From Vicinamibacteria bacterium (GTDB taxonomy: Bacteria > Acidobacteriota > Vicinamibacteria > Marinacidobacterales > Marinacidobacteraceae), in the NCBI GenBank assembly GCA_963668695.2, contig CAXXLQ010000004.1:1472001-1536000 (forward strand): a stretch of DNA of 64,000 bases, read 5' to 3'. The notes under the pieces were generated by a model that saw nothing but the letters and a program-made list of their open reading frames with translations, did no database searches and was not told where the DNA came from. Shown here piece by piece: positions 1-8,613 of the stretch. Each line of letters begins with the position of its first letter. Within the stretch, counting starts at the first letter, position 1. A program made the position numbers and the translations under genes.

Positions 1-569
1 TGGTCCGTGTTCTGCCACACCATCGCCACCCGAAGCGGTTGGCGAAGGCGATCCTGGTCCTGTTCCCACATCAGCCATTCGAGCGTCGTGCTGGCGAGCG
101 CCTCCACGGGACTGAGCGCGCCGAAAACCCACTGGTTGCCTTCGCGGAAAATCGATTTCGAGGCTCCGCCGGCATTCACGAATGGAATTCCGCGACGCAT
201 CGGCACGATGACCTGCGCCTGAACCAGCGGGGTCGAATAGCCCGAAAGGAGTGCGACGGCGCCGTCAACGGCGATCAGCCGTTCCAACAGGCTCGGGGAG
301 ATGGAGGCGTCGCTCTTGTCGTCGTAGACGCGCAACTCAATCGGGCGCCGAACGCCGTCGATTTCCACGCCGCCCTGAGCATTGGCCTCCTGGACGGCCA
401 GTTGGTATCCGTCCCGGAAGAACCCGCCAACGTTTGCGTGTTTCCCACTCAGCGGGAGAGCGGCTCCGATCCGGATTGCGTTGCTGTCTCCACCCGAGCA
501 CGCCGGAAGGCCGACGAACAGCCCAAGAACGAGCGAGAGGAGCCAGCGGGTGCGGTGGTCAGTGGACAT
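1..569 (-). CDS. ABC transporter substrate-binding lipoprotein, branched-chain amino acid (LivJ/LivK-like) family; 3' end runs off the window
   Basis: Manual translation from ATG at 569: MSTDHRTRWLLSLVLGLFVGLPAC (lipobox), then IRIGAALPLSG...GYQLAVQEANAQGG...IELRVYDDKSD, the typical type I periplasmic binding protein N-terminus. Not in the ORF track because it is open at the edge. Confidence 0.85.
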   Translation of the reverse strand, partial: MSTDHRTRWLLSLVLGLFVGLPACSGGDSNAIRIGAALPLSGKHANVGGFFRDGYQLAVQEANAQGGVEIDGVRRPIELRVYDDKSDASISPSLLERLIAVDGAVALLSGYSTPLVQAQVIVPMRRGIPFVNAGGASKSIFREGNQWVFGALSPVEALASTTLEWLMWEQDQDRLRQPLRVAMVWQNTD

Positions 570-841
570 AGGGAGAAGCCGCAGTGGGCAACCCGAAATT
601 CTACCAAGACCACGCTGGGACAGAGCAGCAACTTGCCGGACTCTTCCGATCGGCGTTCCCGGCCGTGCAGGGCCATCTCACGTACTGCGGAACGACCGAA
701 ACTGATGGCGGCGAACCTTGTTCGCCACCTGCGTGATCGGGGGGAAAGTGTGAAAGGGGGGCTCCCGCCCCCCTTTCACAAGAATGTACGACGAATCGGA
801 ACTCGCCGAAGCGCGCGGAGGCGCGCGACGGAGTTGCGATT

Positions 842-1021
842 CCCGAGCCAGGAGCGGCTGGGAGTCGGGTTCCCCGACCCCAGCCACTCCCGCTCCGGGG
901 TCTCCGTGCGGCTCTCGCCGCACTTCGGAAGCCCGAGCCAGGAGCGGCTGGGAGTCGGGTTCCCCGACCCCACCCACTCCCGCTCCGGGGTCTCCGTGCG
1001 GCTCTCGCCGCACTTCGGAAG
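842..1021. repeat. 2 x 90-bp tandem double-hairpin unit (variant A)
   Basis: CCCGAGCCAG...CGGAAG starts at 842 and 932; the two copies differ at one base; related to the array at 3057-3416. Confidence 0.95.
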
Positions 1022-1197
1022 CCCGGCGCGAAGCGCCGGGCGGTTCGGAAGGGAGGCGCACCGTTGGACAAGCCAACGACGAGTTACGCCCTGACCCGGC
1101 GCCCCCTTCTGGACCGCTCGATGTCCGGAAGCGACTCTACAATCGCGGCCCCGTGTCCAGTCTTGGCGAACAACTCCCGGAAACCGGGATTCCGGTT

Positions 1198-1992
1198 ATG
1201 GAAGTCCTGCCGGTCAGGGATATCCGCTTTCACGAAGAAGTCGATCTGGCCAGGGTCGCGGCCCTGATCGAACGCCTCGGCACCGACGGCGTCCTCCGGA
1301 ATCCGCCGATCGTCGCGCGATTGCCCGGACGAACTCGGCTGCTGCTGGACGGAGCGAATCGTATTGAGGCTCTGTCGCGCATGGGAATCCGGCACGCGTT
1401 GGTGCAGACGGAGGAATTCGGAGACCCCGCACTGGATCTATCGCACTGGAACCACGTGATCCGCGCCCGCGAGGCTGCCGCCATCGTCAAAGATCCCCCG
1501 GCCAACACCCGGATTCAGCTCCCGGCGCCCCGGCAGGAGACACCGGGCGGTGGCCCCATCTGCCGTCTGGTGCTTCCGGGCGGTGACGAAACGGTGTTTC
1601 TGGCTCCGTCCGAGCCATCGAAGCGCGCGGCGGCGCTCCGGGACCTTTGTGCCCGATACACCCACCCGCGCGCCAGGCTCGCGCGTATTCCCCACGGCGA
1701 CCTCGATCAGGTGCGATCTGCGTATCCCGGTTTCGGGGGCATGCTCGAGTACGCCGGCATCTCGAAGGAAGAGGTGCTCGCAATTGCCGAGGCGGGCGAA
1801 CGGCTGCCGTCCGGGATTACGAGATTTCTGGTTCCCCGGCGCGTCCTGGGCTTCAACCTGCCGCTTTCGTTTCTTGAAATGAACCTCCCTCTCGACGAAA
1901 AGCGAAGGCGCCTCGAAGACCTCGTTGCCGACCGCTTCGACTCCGGCCGCGTTCGCTACTACGCGGAACCGGCGTTCGTGTTCGACGACTAG
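1198..1992 (+). CDS. ParB/Srx-fold protein, SbnI-like (putative free L-serine kinase)
   Basis: Motifs FHEE, LRNPPIV, LLDGANR, W-x-H, GERLPSGITRF-x3-RRVL and RYYAEP parallel S. aureus SbnI as I recall it (LHET, IRHPILV, IDGVHR, GETVPAGVTRF, RCYTEK). Start ATG 1198 or GTG 1153; the ORF-track extension to 784 runs through repeats. Confidence 0.7.
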   Translation: MEVLPVRDIRFHEEVDLARVAALIERLGTDGVLRNPPIVARLPGRTRLLLDGANRIEALSRMGIRHALVQTEEFGDPALDLSHWNHVIRAREAAAIVKDPPANTRIQLPAPRQETPGGGPICRLVLPGGDETVFLAPSEPSKRAAALRDLCARYTHPRARLARIPHGDLDQVRSAYPGFGGMLEYAGISKEEVLAIAEAGERLPSGITRFLVPRRVLGFNLPLSFLEMNLPLDEKRRRLEDLVADRFDSGRVRYYAEPAFVFDD

Positions 1993-2270
1993 TCGCCCGT
2001 GGGGAAGGGTCCCCCAGGCGCAGAGCGCCGGGGACGGACGCCGGCAGAGTTTCGCCACCACCGGCCAGGCGGAGCGAACTGGGGCGGTGGGACGCCAGCT
2101 TCGGGTGTCCGGCGCCGGGATGGCCGAGGCCCTGCCGGACGGAGCGCTCGCCGCCGGTTGGGTTACGATTTTCGGAGGCCTGCTCGGCGGCAGCGCTCGC
2201 CGGAGTCTCTCGGTGACGGACGTTCGGGAGCGAGGATCGGACCGGAAGGGGCCAATAGGAGAAACGGTCG

Positions 2271-3020
2271 TTGTCGGGACACAGCAAATGGCACTCGATC
2301 CGCCACAAGAAGGCGATCGTGGACGCGAAGCGCGGCAAGGCGTTCACCCGGCTCCTCAAGGAGGTCACGATGGCCGCCCGCATCGGCGGTGGCGGCCAGC
2401 AGTTCAATCCACGGCTGCGGTTGGCCGTCGACAAGGCGAAGGCCGGAAATGTCCCGCGCGACAACATTGATCGCGCGATCAAGAAGGGCACCGGCGACCT
2501 CCCCGGTTTTCGGATCGAAGAAGCGAGCTATGAGGGCTATGCCGCCGGCGGAGTGGCGGTCTTCGTTCAGGTGGCGACTGACAACCGAAACCGCACGGTC
2601 AGCGACGTTCGCCACCTGTTCTCCAAGTACGGGGGGAACCTCGGAGAAAACGGATCGGTCAACTGGATGTTCGAAAAGGCCGGACAGTTCCTGGTGCCCA
2701 GGGATCAGGCTTCCGAAGACGATCTGATTGACATCGTCCTGTCGAGCGGCGGCAGTGACGTGCTCGAGGACGGCGAGCATTGGGACCTGCGCTGCCCTCC
2801 GGAGGTCTTCGCCGCCGTAAGGGACGCGCTGGGATCGAGCGGGATCCGGTGTGACAGCGAAGAGATCGCAATGCTCGCCACTCAGCATGTACGGGTCGTC
2901 GGGGGTGAGGCCCAGCGAGTCCTCAAGCTCATGGACGCGCTTGAGGATCACGAGGACGTAATTGGCGTCTGGGCGAACTTCGACATGGACGACGAAGAGC
3001 TGGACGTCGCGGCGTCCTGA
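2271..3020 (+). CDS. yebC: YebC/PmpR family protein
   Basis: MSGHSKWHSIRHKK...NPRLRLAVDKAK...YEGY...TDNRNRT; lies upstream of ruvC as usual. Confidence 0.97.
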   Translation: MSGHSKWHSIRHKKAIVDAKRGKAFTRLLKEVTMAARIGGGGQQFNPRLRLAVDKAKAGNVPRDNIDRAIKKGTGDLPGFRIEEASYEGYAAGGVAVFVQVATDNRNRTVSDVRHLFSKYGGNLGENGSVNWMFEKAGQFLVPRDQASEDDLIDIVLSSGGSDVLEDGEHWDLRCPPEVFAAVRDALGSSGIRCDSEEIAMLATQHVRVVGGEAQRVLKLMDALEDHEDVIGVWANFDMDDEELDVAAS

Positions 3021-3027
3021 CGGCCAA

Positions 3028-3622
3028 GCAGCCTGTGGACAAAGTTACGCGGTATTCCCGAGCCAGAAGGGATGGTGGTCGGGTGACCCCGCCCCCCGTC
3101 CCTTCCGCTCCGGGGTCTCCGCGGTGCTGGCGCCCCGCTCCGGAAGCCCGAGCCAGAAGGGATGGTGGTCGGGTGACCCCGCCCCCCGTCCCTTCCGCTC
3201 CGGGGTCTCCGCGGTGCTGGCGCCCCGCTCCGGAAGCCCGAGCCAGAAGGGATGGTGGTCGGGTGACCCCGCCCCCCGTCCCTTCCGCTCCGGGGTCTCC
3301 GCGGTGCTGGCGCCCCGCTCCGGAAGCCCGAGCCAGAAGGGATGGTGGTCGGGTGACGACGCCCCCCGTCCCTTCCGCTCCGGGGTCTCCGCGGTGCTCG
3401 CGCCCCGCTCCGGAAGCGACCGGCGATGCATCCCGGCTGAACCGTGACGCTTCGCGTCGCTCATCGTTGCGCTTCGGTCGAAATACGCTCGGGCCAGTTC
3501 TCCCGGTGGGGGCTCCTCCCTCGCGCGCCTTGTCAGCCGGGCCCCCACCGGGAGGACTGGCCCCACCGGGAGAACTGGGCCTCACCGGTCTCGGTACTCA
3601 CGTCCCCTTATCCACAGGCTGC
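3028..3622. mobile_element. MITE locus 1 (180-bp backbone + 4 x 90-bp array + three 18-nt inserts)
   Basis: Terminal inverted repeats GCAGCCTGTGGACAAAG / CCTTATCCACAGGCTGC; internal sequence shared with five other loci. Confidence 0.85.
3057..3416. repeat. 4 x 90-bp tandem double-hairpin unit (variant B), inserted inside MITE locus 1
   Basis: Unit starts at 3057, 3147, 3237 and 3327; removing it rejoins CGCGGTATT|CGACCGGCG, matching the MITE backbone. Confidence 0.95.
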
Positions 3623-3630
3623 TGACCCTC

Positions 3631-4194
3631 TTGCATCCGTCGAAGGCCGCTGGCGAGCCCGGGATTCCGCCTGGGATTCGGCCTGGGATTCGGGTCGTCG
3701 GGCTCGATCCCGGCTCGCGGATCACCGGCTGGGGAGCGGTGGAGGAGACGGAGGGCAGGCTCCGGGTCGTGGACTACGGGACCGTGCGGTGCTCACCCCG
3801 TGCCCCGCTTGTGCTGCGCCTCCAAACGCTCCATCGGGAAATCGGGGAAGTCATCAGGCGGCTTCATCCCGATGAAGTCGCCGTGGAGACGGTCTTCAGC
3901 GCGGTGAGCGCCGGCGCGGCTCTCACCCTCGGACACGCCCGTGGCGCTGTCCTGGTGACTGCGGCGGATCTGCCCGTCGCCGAATACAGCCCGCGCTCTG
4001 TCAAACAGGCGCTTACCGGATACGGAGCGGCCGGCAAGGGTTCGGTGGCCAGCATGGTGGCCCGGCGACTCGGGATGGCCGACCCGCCGGCCTCGGAGGA
4101 CGCGGCGGACGCGCTCGCCGTCGCCATTTGCCATCTGGACGCCCGGCGGGCCAAGGCCCGTCTGGCCCGTGCCACCCAGGGACGATCCGGGTGA
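3631..4194 (+). CDS. ruvC: Holliday junction endonuclease RuvC
   Basis: RVVGLDPG, VAVETVF, EYSPRSVKQALTGYG, DAADALAVAICH; start uncertain. Confidence 0.95.
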   Translation: MHPSKAAGEPGIPPGIRPGIRVVGLDPGSRITGWGAVEETEGRLRVVDYGTVRCSPRAPLVLRLQTLHREIGEVIRRLHPDEVAVETVFSAVSAGAALTLGHARGAVLVTAADLPVAEYSPRSVKQALTGYGAAGKGSVASMVARRLGMADPPASEDAADALAVAICHLDARRAKARLARATQGRSG

Positions 4195-4793
4195 TCGAGC
4201 GCCTCGCCGGCAGGCTGCTTGCGACTGGCGAAGGCCATGTCGTGCTTGACGTCCATGGGATCGGTTTCCGGCTGCAGGTATCGACGGGCACCGCGTCGCG
4301 CCTTGGAGTTCCGGGAGACGAGATATCGCTCACCGTCCGGATGTTGCTGCATCGCGAGGAGACCGTTCAGCTCTACGGATTCCGAGAGACTGAAGAAGCG
4401 GTCCTCTTCGACCAGCTCCGGGGAGTCAGTGGGGTGGGCCCTTCCGTGGCCCTGAATCTCCTGTCGCTGTCCGTTCCGCGGCTGCGCCAGGCCATCCGGG
4501 ACAAGGAAGTGAAGCTGCTCCAGGCAGCTCCGGGAGTGGGCGCAAAACTGGCGCGCCGCCTCATTACGGAACTTGCGGAGGCGCTGCCGGAGGAGGAAAG
4601 CCCGGCAGCGCCGGCGGTCGAGGCGCGAGATCCGGTGCGCGAGGCGTTGGTCACCGCCTTCACCAACCTGCAGTTCACCGACCGGCGCCGCATCGAGGAA
4701 GTCGTGCAATCCGTCCGGGCCGAAAAGCCCGACGCCGACCTGCAGGATCTCTTCAAGGTGGCTCTCAGTCGCCTGTCCGCTCGAGGATCCTGA
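4191..4793 (+). CDS. ruvA: Holliday junction branch migration protein RuvA
   Basis: GTG overlapping the ruvC stop; MIERLAG...DVHGIGF...QLYGF...VSGVGP...PGVGAKLARRL. Confidence 0.95.
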   Translation: MIERLAGRLLATGEGHVVLDVHGIGFRLQVSTGTASRLGVPGDEISLTVRMLLHREETVQLYGFRETEEAVLFDQLRGVSGVGPSVALNLLSLSVPRLRQAIRDKEVKLLQAAPGVGAKLARRLITELAEALPEEESPAAPAVEARDPVREALVTAFTNLQFTDRRRIEEVVQSVRAEKPDADLQDLFKVALSRLSARGS

Positions 4794-5064
4794 GCAGCCT
4801 GTGAACAAAGTCACGCGGCCCAGTTCTCCCGGTGGGGGCTCGAGCGGCGATCCATCCCGGCTGAACCGCCCCCCCACCGGGAGAACTGGCGCTTCGCTTC
4901 GCTTATCGTTGCGCTTCGGTCGAAATACACTCGGGCCAGTTCTCCCGGTGCGGGCTCCTCCCTCGCGCGCCTTGTCAGCCGGGCCCCCACCGGGAGAACT
5001 GGCCCCACCGGGAGAACTGGGCCTCGCAGCTCTCGGCGCTCACGCCACTTTGTCCACCGGCTGC
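4794..5064. mobile_element. MITE locus 2 (backbone + five 18-nt inserts)
   Basis: GCAGCCTGTGAACAAAG ... CTTTGTCCACCGGCTGC; 271 bp, about 180 + 5 x 18. Confidence 0.85.
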
Positions 5065-5066
5065 CA

Positions 5067-7067
5067 ATGATCGCCCCTTCGCCCGCAGATACCAACGAGT
5101 TCTGGGACCGCGCCCACGCCCGGCTGAGAGAGGCATCCACGCTGCTCGGGCGGGTCCGCCGGATCTCGACGGGTCGATTGGCAGTCGTCGTGGTAGCACT
5201 CGCTTTGGCGCTTGGAGCCGGTGAGGCCGGGCTCTGGTCCCATTGGTGGATCGTCATCCCCTGCGGGTCGTTCGTCTGGCTGGCGTTCGTGCACGAGCGC
5301 CTCTGGAACCGGGCGCGCGGAGCGCAACACATCGCCCAGCTTTACCATCGGGCTGCGCTCCGGGTAGATCGCGATACCGAAGGAGAACCGGGCAGTCCCG
5401 ACACGCCGGCGGCGGCCATCCGAAGGGGCGGGCCCCCGGCTCATCGAAATACGGTCGACGAAGACCACCGCCTGGCGCATCGGCGCCACCGGATCTCGGA
5501 GCTTGCGGACGGCCAACTGGGAGACCATCTCGACCTCTTCGGATCCGGCGGGCTCTTCGAACGGCTCGCCGATTGGCGGACCGATGCCGGTGGAGAAACG
5601 CTGGCCGGATGGTTACTCCAACCCGCTCCTCCCGCGGAGGTGGCGTCCCGTCAGATTGCCATCCGGGAGCTCGCATCCCGAATCGAGATCCAGGAAACCC
5701 TGGCGGCTTCCGGCTGCCTCGAACCGTGGCCGAACGCTCGATCATCGGTGGTGCTGGATTGGTTGGGGCCGGGCGGTGCCGCCCGCGACGGGACACGACC
5801 GCCTCCGGCGGAAGAGGGTGAGGAAGGCTCCGAACCTGCCGGCCGCAAGACGGAAGTACTGCTCGGAGGTTTGGCAGTCCTCCTCAGCGTGGTCAACATG
5901 TTGGGGTTGTTCCGGTGGATGTACGTGGGCGATGCGTCCTTGTTCCTGGGCGCGGTGGCCCTGTCCGCGGCGCTGGGTCTGTGGCTCCGAGTGCGGGTTC
6001 GGGAACTAGAAGCCGCTCTGAGCCTGATGGAATCGGAGATCGCGGGCATCCGGCAGATCGCCCTGTCGGTGACCTCGGAGGGTTTCGATTCCCCGCTTCT
6101 TAGGGCACTTTCAAAGCGGCTCGCGCGCGCCCACGCGGCGCTCGGGAAGCTCGAACGACTGCAGCTTCGGCTGCGAGCCCGTCGCAACCTGCTCTTTGCG
6201 CCGGTAGCCGCGCTCTTGTTCTGGGGGACGCATCACACCTGGGCCATCGACCGTTGGCGTCGTCGGTACCAGCGGGAGGCGCGGGAGTGGATCCGAGCCG
6301 CAGGCGAGTTCGACGCACTCCTGGCGCTGGCGCAGTACGCCATCGAGCGTCCCGGGCACGTGTTCCCCGAGTTCGACGCCCTGCCGGGGTTCGAAGCAAA
6401 AGGTCTCGGCCATCCGTTGATCCCGGAAGTCCGTCTCCAGCGCAATGACGTTCGCCTCGGACGCGGAGAAGCGGATGTGCTGATCGTCACGGGTTCCAAC
6501 ATGTCCGGCAAGAGCACTCTGCTTCGGACCATCGGCGCCAATTTCGTCCTCGCGCGCATGGGTGCGCCGGTCACCGCTACCACCCTTCGGCTCGGGCCGC
6601 TCGCACTCGGCGCCTCGATCGCCGTCCATGACTCACTCCAGGACGGGGTCTCCCGCTTCCTGGCCGAACTCCTGGCGTTGAAGGCGGTACTGGATACCGG
6701 CTCAGCCGAGGAACCGCTGGTCTTCCTGCTGGACGAAGTGCTGCAGGGGACGAACTCGGATGACCGTAGAGCGGCCGCGGCTGCCTTGCTGCGCGAACTC
6801 GGCAGGCGTTCCGCCATCGGCGTGATGACCACCCACGATCTTTCGCTCACGGAGCTGGCCCACGAACTCCCGGGTCGGGTCCGTAACATGCATTTCACCG
6901 AACGGGTGGTGGACGGCGCCATGGAGTTCGACTATCAGCTTCGGGACGGCGTCCTCGCGCGCGGCAACGCCCTCGATCTGATGCGCATGCTCAATTTGCC
7001 CGTGCCCGAGGGGGAAGTGGCCGAGTTCACTTCACTTCCTGCCCCGGGTCCGGGGAGAGAGCACTGA
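5067..7067 (+). CDS. Membrane-anchored MutS-family ATPase (MutS domain V, no mismatch-recognition domain)
   Basis: Hydrophobic segments near the N-terminus and middle; GLGHPLI, IVTGSNMSGKSTLLR (Walker A), DSLQDGVSRFLAEL, LLDEVLQGTNS, TTHD. Confidence 0.9.
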   Translation: MIAPSPADTNEFWDRAHARLREASTLLGRVRRISTGRLAVVVVALALALGAGEAGLWSHWWIVIPCGSFVWLAFVHERLWNRARGAQHIAQLYHRAALRVDRDTEGEPGSPDTPAAAIRRGGPPAHRNTVDEDHRLAHRRHRISELADGQLGDHLDLFGSGGLFERLADWRTDAGGETLAGWLLQPAPPAEVASRQIAIRELASRIEIQETLAASGCLEPWPNARSSVVLDWLGPGGAARDGTRPPPAEEGEEGSEPAGRKTEVLLGGLAVLLSVVNMLGLFRWMYVGDASLFLGAVALSAALGLWLRVRVRELEAALSLMESEIAGIRQIALSVTSEGFDSPLLRALSKRLARAHAALGKLERLQLRLRARRNLLFAPVAALLFWGTHHTWAIDRWRRRYQREAREWIRAAGEFDALLALAQYAIERPGHVFPEFDALPGFEAKGLGHPLIPEVRLQRNDVRLGRGEADVLIVTGSNMSGKSTLLRTIGANFVLARMGAPVTATTLRLGPLALGASIAVHDSLQDGVSRFLAELLALKAVLDTGSAEEPLVFLLDEVLQGTNSDDRRAAAAALLRELGRRSAIGVMTTHDLSLTELAHELPGRVRNMHFTERVVDGAMEFDYQLRDGVLARGNALDLMRMLNLPVPEGEVAEFTSLPAPGPGREH

Positions 7068-8093
7068 ATGGGTGCGCCGAAGGCTCCGCCCGGCTACCCG
7101 GACGAAGAGTTCCACCAGAGCCTGCGGCCCCGGGACTTTGGGGAGTACGTGGGCCAGGGCGCGGTGCTCGAACAACTCGAGATCAGCGTCAGCGCCGCCC
7201 GGGCCCGGGGCGAGCCCCTCGATCACGTGCTCCTGCACGGGCCTCCGGGACTTGGCAAGACGTCGCTGGCCGCGGTGCTCGCCCGGGAACTCGATGTTCC
7301 CATGCACACTTCATCAGGACCGCTCGTACCCCGTACCGGCGACATGGTCGCGCTGCTCAGCTCGCTGGCGCGCAACGAGATCCTGTTCATTGACGAGATC
7401 CATCGTCTCGCTCCCGCCGTCGCCGAAGTCCTCTACCCGGCGATGGAGGACCACTACGTGGACATCATGGTCGGCGAGAAGATGGGAGCTCACAGCCTCC
7501 GAATCGATTTGCGGCCCTTCACGCTGATTGGGGCTACTACCCGCGCCGACCTGTTGACCGGCCCCCTCCGGGATCGATTTCCGCTCGTCCACCAGCTCGA
7601 GTTTTATTCCATCGCGGAGGTGGAGAGGGTTCTGGCGCGCGCCGCGCTGGTTCTGGGGGTACACCTGGAGCCGGACGCCGGACGGGACATCGCATCCCGG
7701 GCGCGTGGAACGCCCCGGGTCGCCAACAACCTGCTGCGCCGCGTGCGGGATTACGTCGAGGTGCGCAGCGATGGAACGATTCGCCGGGATACGGCGCTCG
7801 CGCTACTCGAGATTGCCCAGGTGGACGAGGAGGGGCTGGACCGCTTCGACCGCAAGATTTTGGCGAGCCTGCTCGACAACTTTTCCGGCGGGCCGGTGGG
7901 AGTGGCCAACCTCGCCGCCACGCTCGGCATGGACAACCGAACCCTGGAAGAGGTGCATGAGCCGTATCTCATCTACCGCGGCTTCCTGAGGCGGACAGGA
8001 AAAGGACGCATGATCACCGATCGGGGCGCGCGGCATCTGAGACGCGCGGCATCGGGAACGCTCTTTCCCGGTTCGCCGGCCGTCAAACAATGA
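7068..8093 (+). CDS. ruvB: Holliday junction branch migration helicase RuvB
   Basis: SLRP...YVGQ, HVLLHGPPGLGKT, LFIDEIHRL, FTLIGATTR, RGTPRVANNLLRRVRD. Confidence 0.98.
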   Translation: MGAPKAPPGYPDEEFHQSLRPRDFGEYVGQGAVLEQLEISVSAARARGEPLDHVLLHGPPGLGKTSLAAVLARELDVPMHTSSGPLVPRTGDMVALLSSLARNEILFIDEIHRLAPAVAEVLYPAMEDHYVDIMVGEKMGAHSLRIDLRPFTLIGATTRADLLTGPLRDRFPLVHQLEFYSIAEVERVLARAALVLGVHLEPDAGRDIASRARGTPRVANNLLRRVRDYVEVRSDGTIRRDTALALLEIAQVDEEGLDRFDRKILASLLDNFSGGPVGVANLAATLGMDNRTLEEVHEPYLIYRGFLRRTGKGRMITDRGARHLRRAASGTLFPGSPAVKQ

Positions 8094-8140
8094 GGGACCC
8101 CGGCGGCGGGTGACACCCCGGGTCTCCCGGACCTGATTTA

Positions 8141-8611
8141 GCAGCCTGTGGTGAAACCTGCGCGGCCCAGTTCTCCCGGTGGGGGCTCGGCCGGCGATCC
8201 ATCCCAGCCAAACAGCCTGTGATGAAACCCACGCGGCCCAGTTCTCCCGGTGGGGGCTCGGCCGGCGATCCATCCCGGCTGATCGCGTCGCGTCGCGTCG
8301 CTCATCGTTGCGTTTCGGTCGAAATACACCAGGTATTCCTCCCTCACGCGCCTTGTCAGCCGGGCCCCCACCGGGAGGACTGGCCCCACCGGGAGAACTG
8401 GGCCTTACCGGCCTCGGCGCTCACGCGGGTTCCACCACCGGCTGTTCACCGCGTCGCTGCGCGGCGCTCATCGTTGCGTTTCGGTCGAAATACACCAGGT
8501 ATTCCTCCCTCACGCGCCTTGTCAGCCGGGCCCCCACCGGGAGAACTGGCCCCACCGGGAGAACTGGGCCTCACCGGCCTCGGCGCTCACCCGGGTTCCA
8601 CTACCGGCTGC
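8141..8611. mobile_element. MITE locus 3: complete MITE (8212-8445) nested inside another copy
   Basis: Outer ends GCAGCCTGTGGTG / CTACCGGCTGC flanked by TA; inner ends ACAGCCTGTGATG / CACCGGCTGT. Confidence 0.85.
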
Positions 8612-8613
8612 TA

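Noticed and set aside
39-1094. 351-aa plus-strand ORF
   Set aside because: Antisense shadow of the substrate-binding protein gene running into repeats.
1018-1100. Group II intron domain V/VI (CGGTTCGGAAGGGAGG)
   Set aside because: No properly paired AGC/CGC catalytic triad stem, no upstream intron domains and no RT gene; better explained as a palindromic repeat fragment.
3057-3416. CRISPR array or repeat-protein gene
   Set aside because: Whole 90-bp units are near-identical with no variable spacer; ORFs across it are open in several frames only because the GC-rich unit length is a multiple of 3.
5067-7067. Canonical mismatch-repair mutS
   Set aside because: Lacks the N-terminal mismatch-binding domain (GxFYE) and has transmembrane segments.
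8179-8613. N-terminal extension of QueA in the ORF track
   Set aside because: It is translated MITE sequence; QueA homology starts at GTG 8614.
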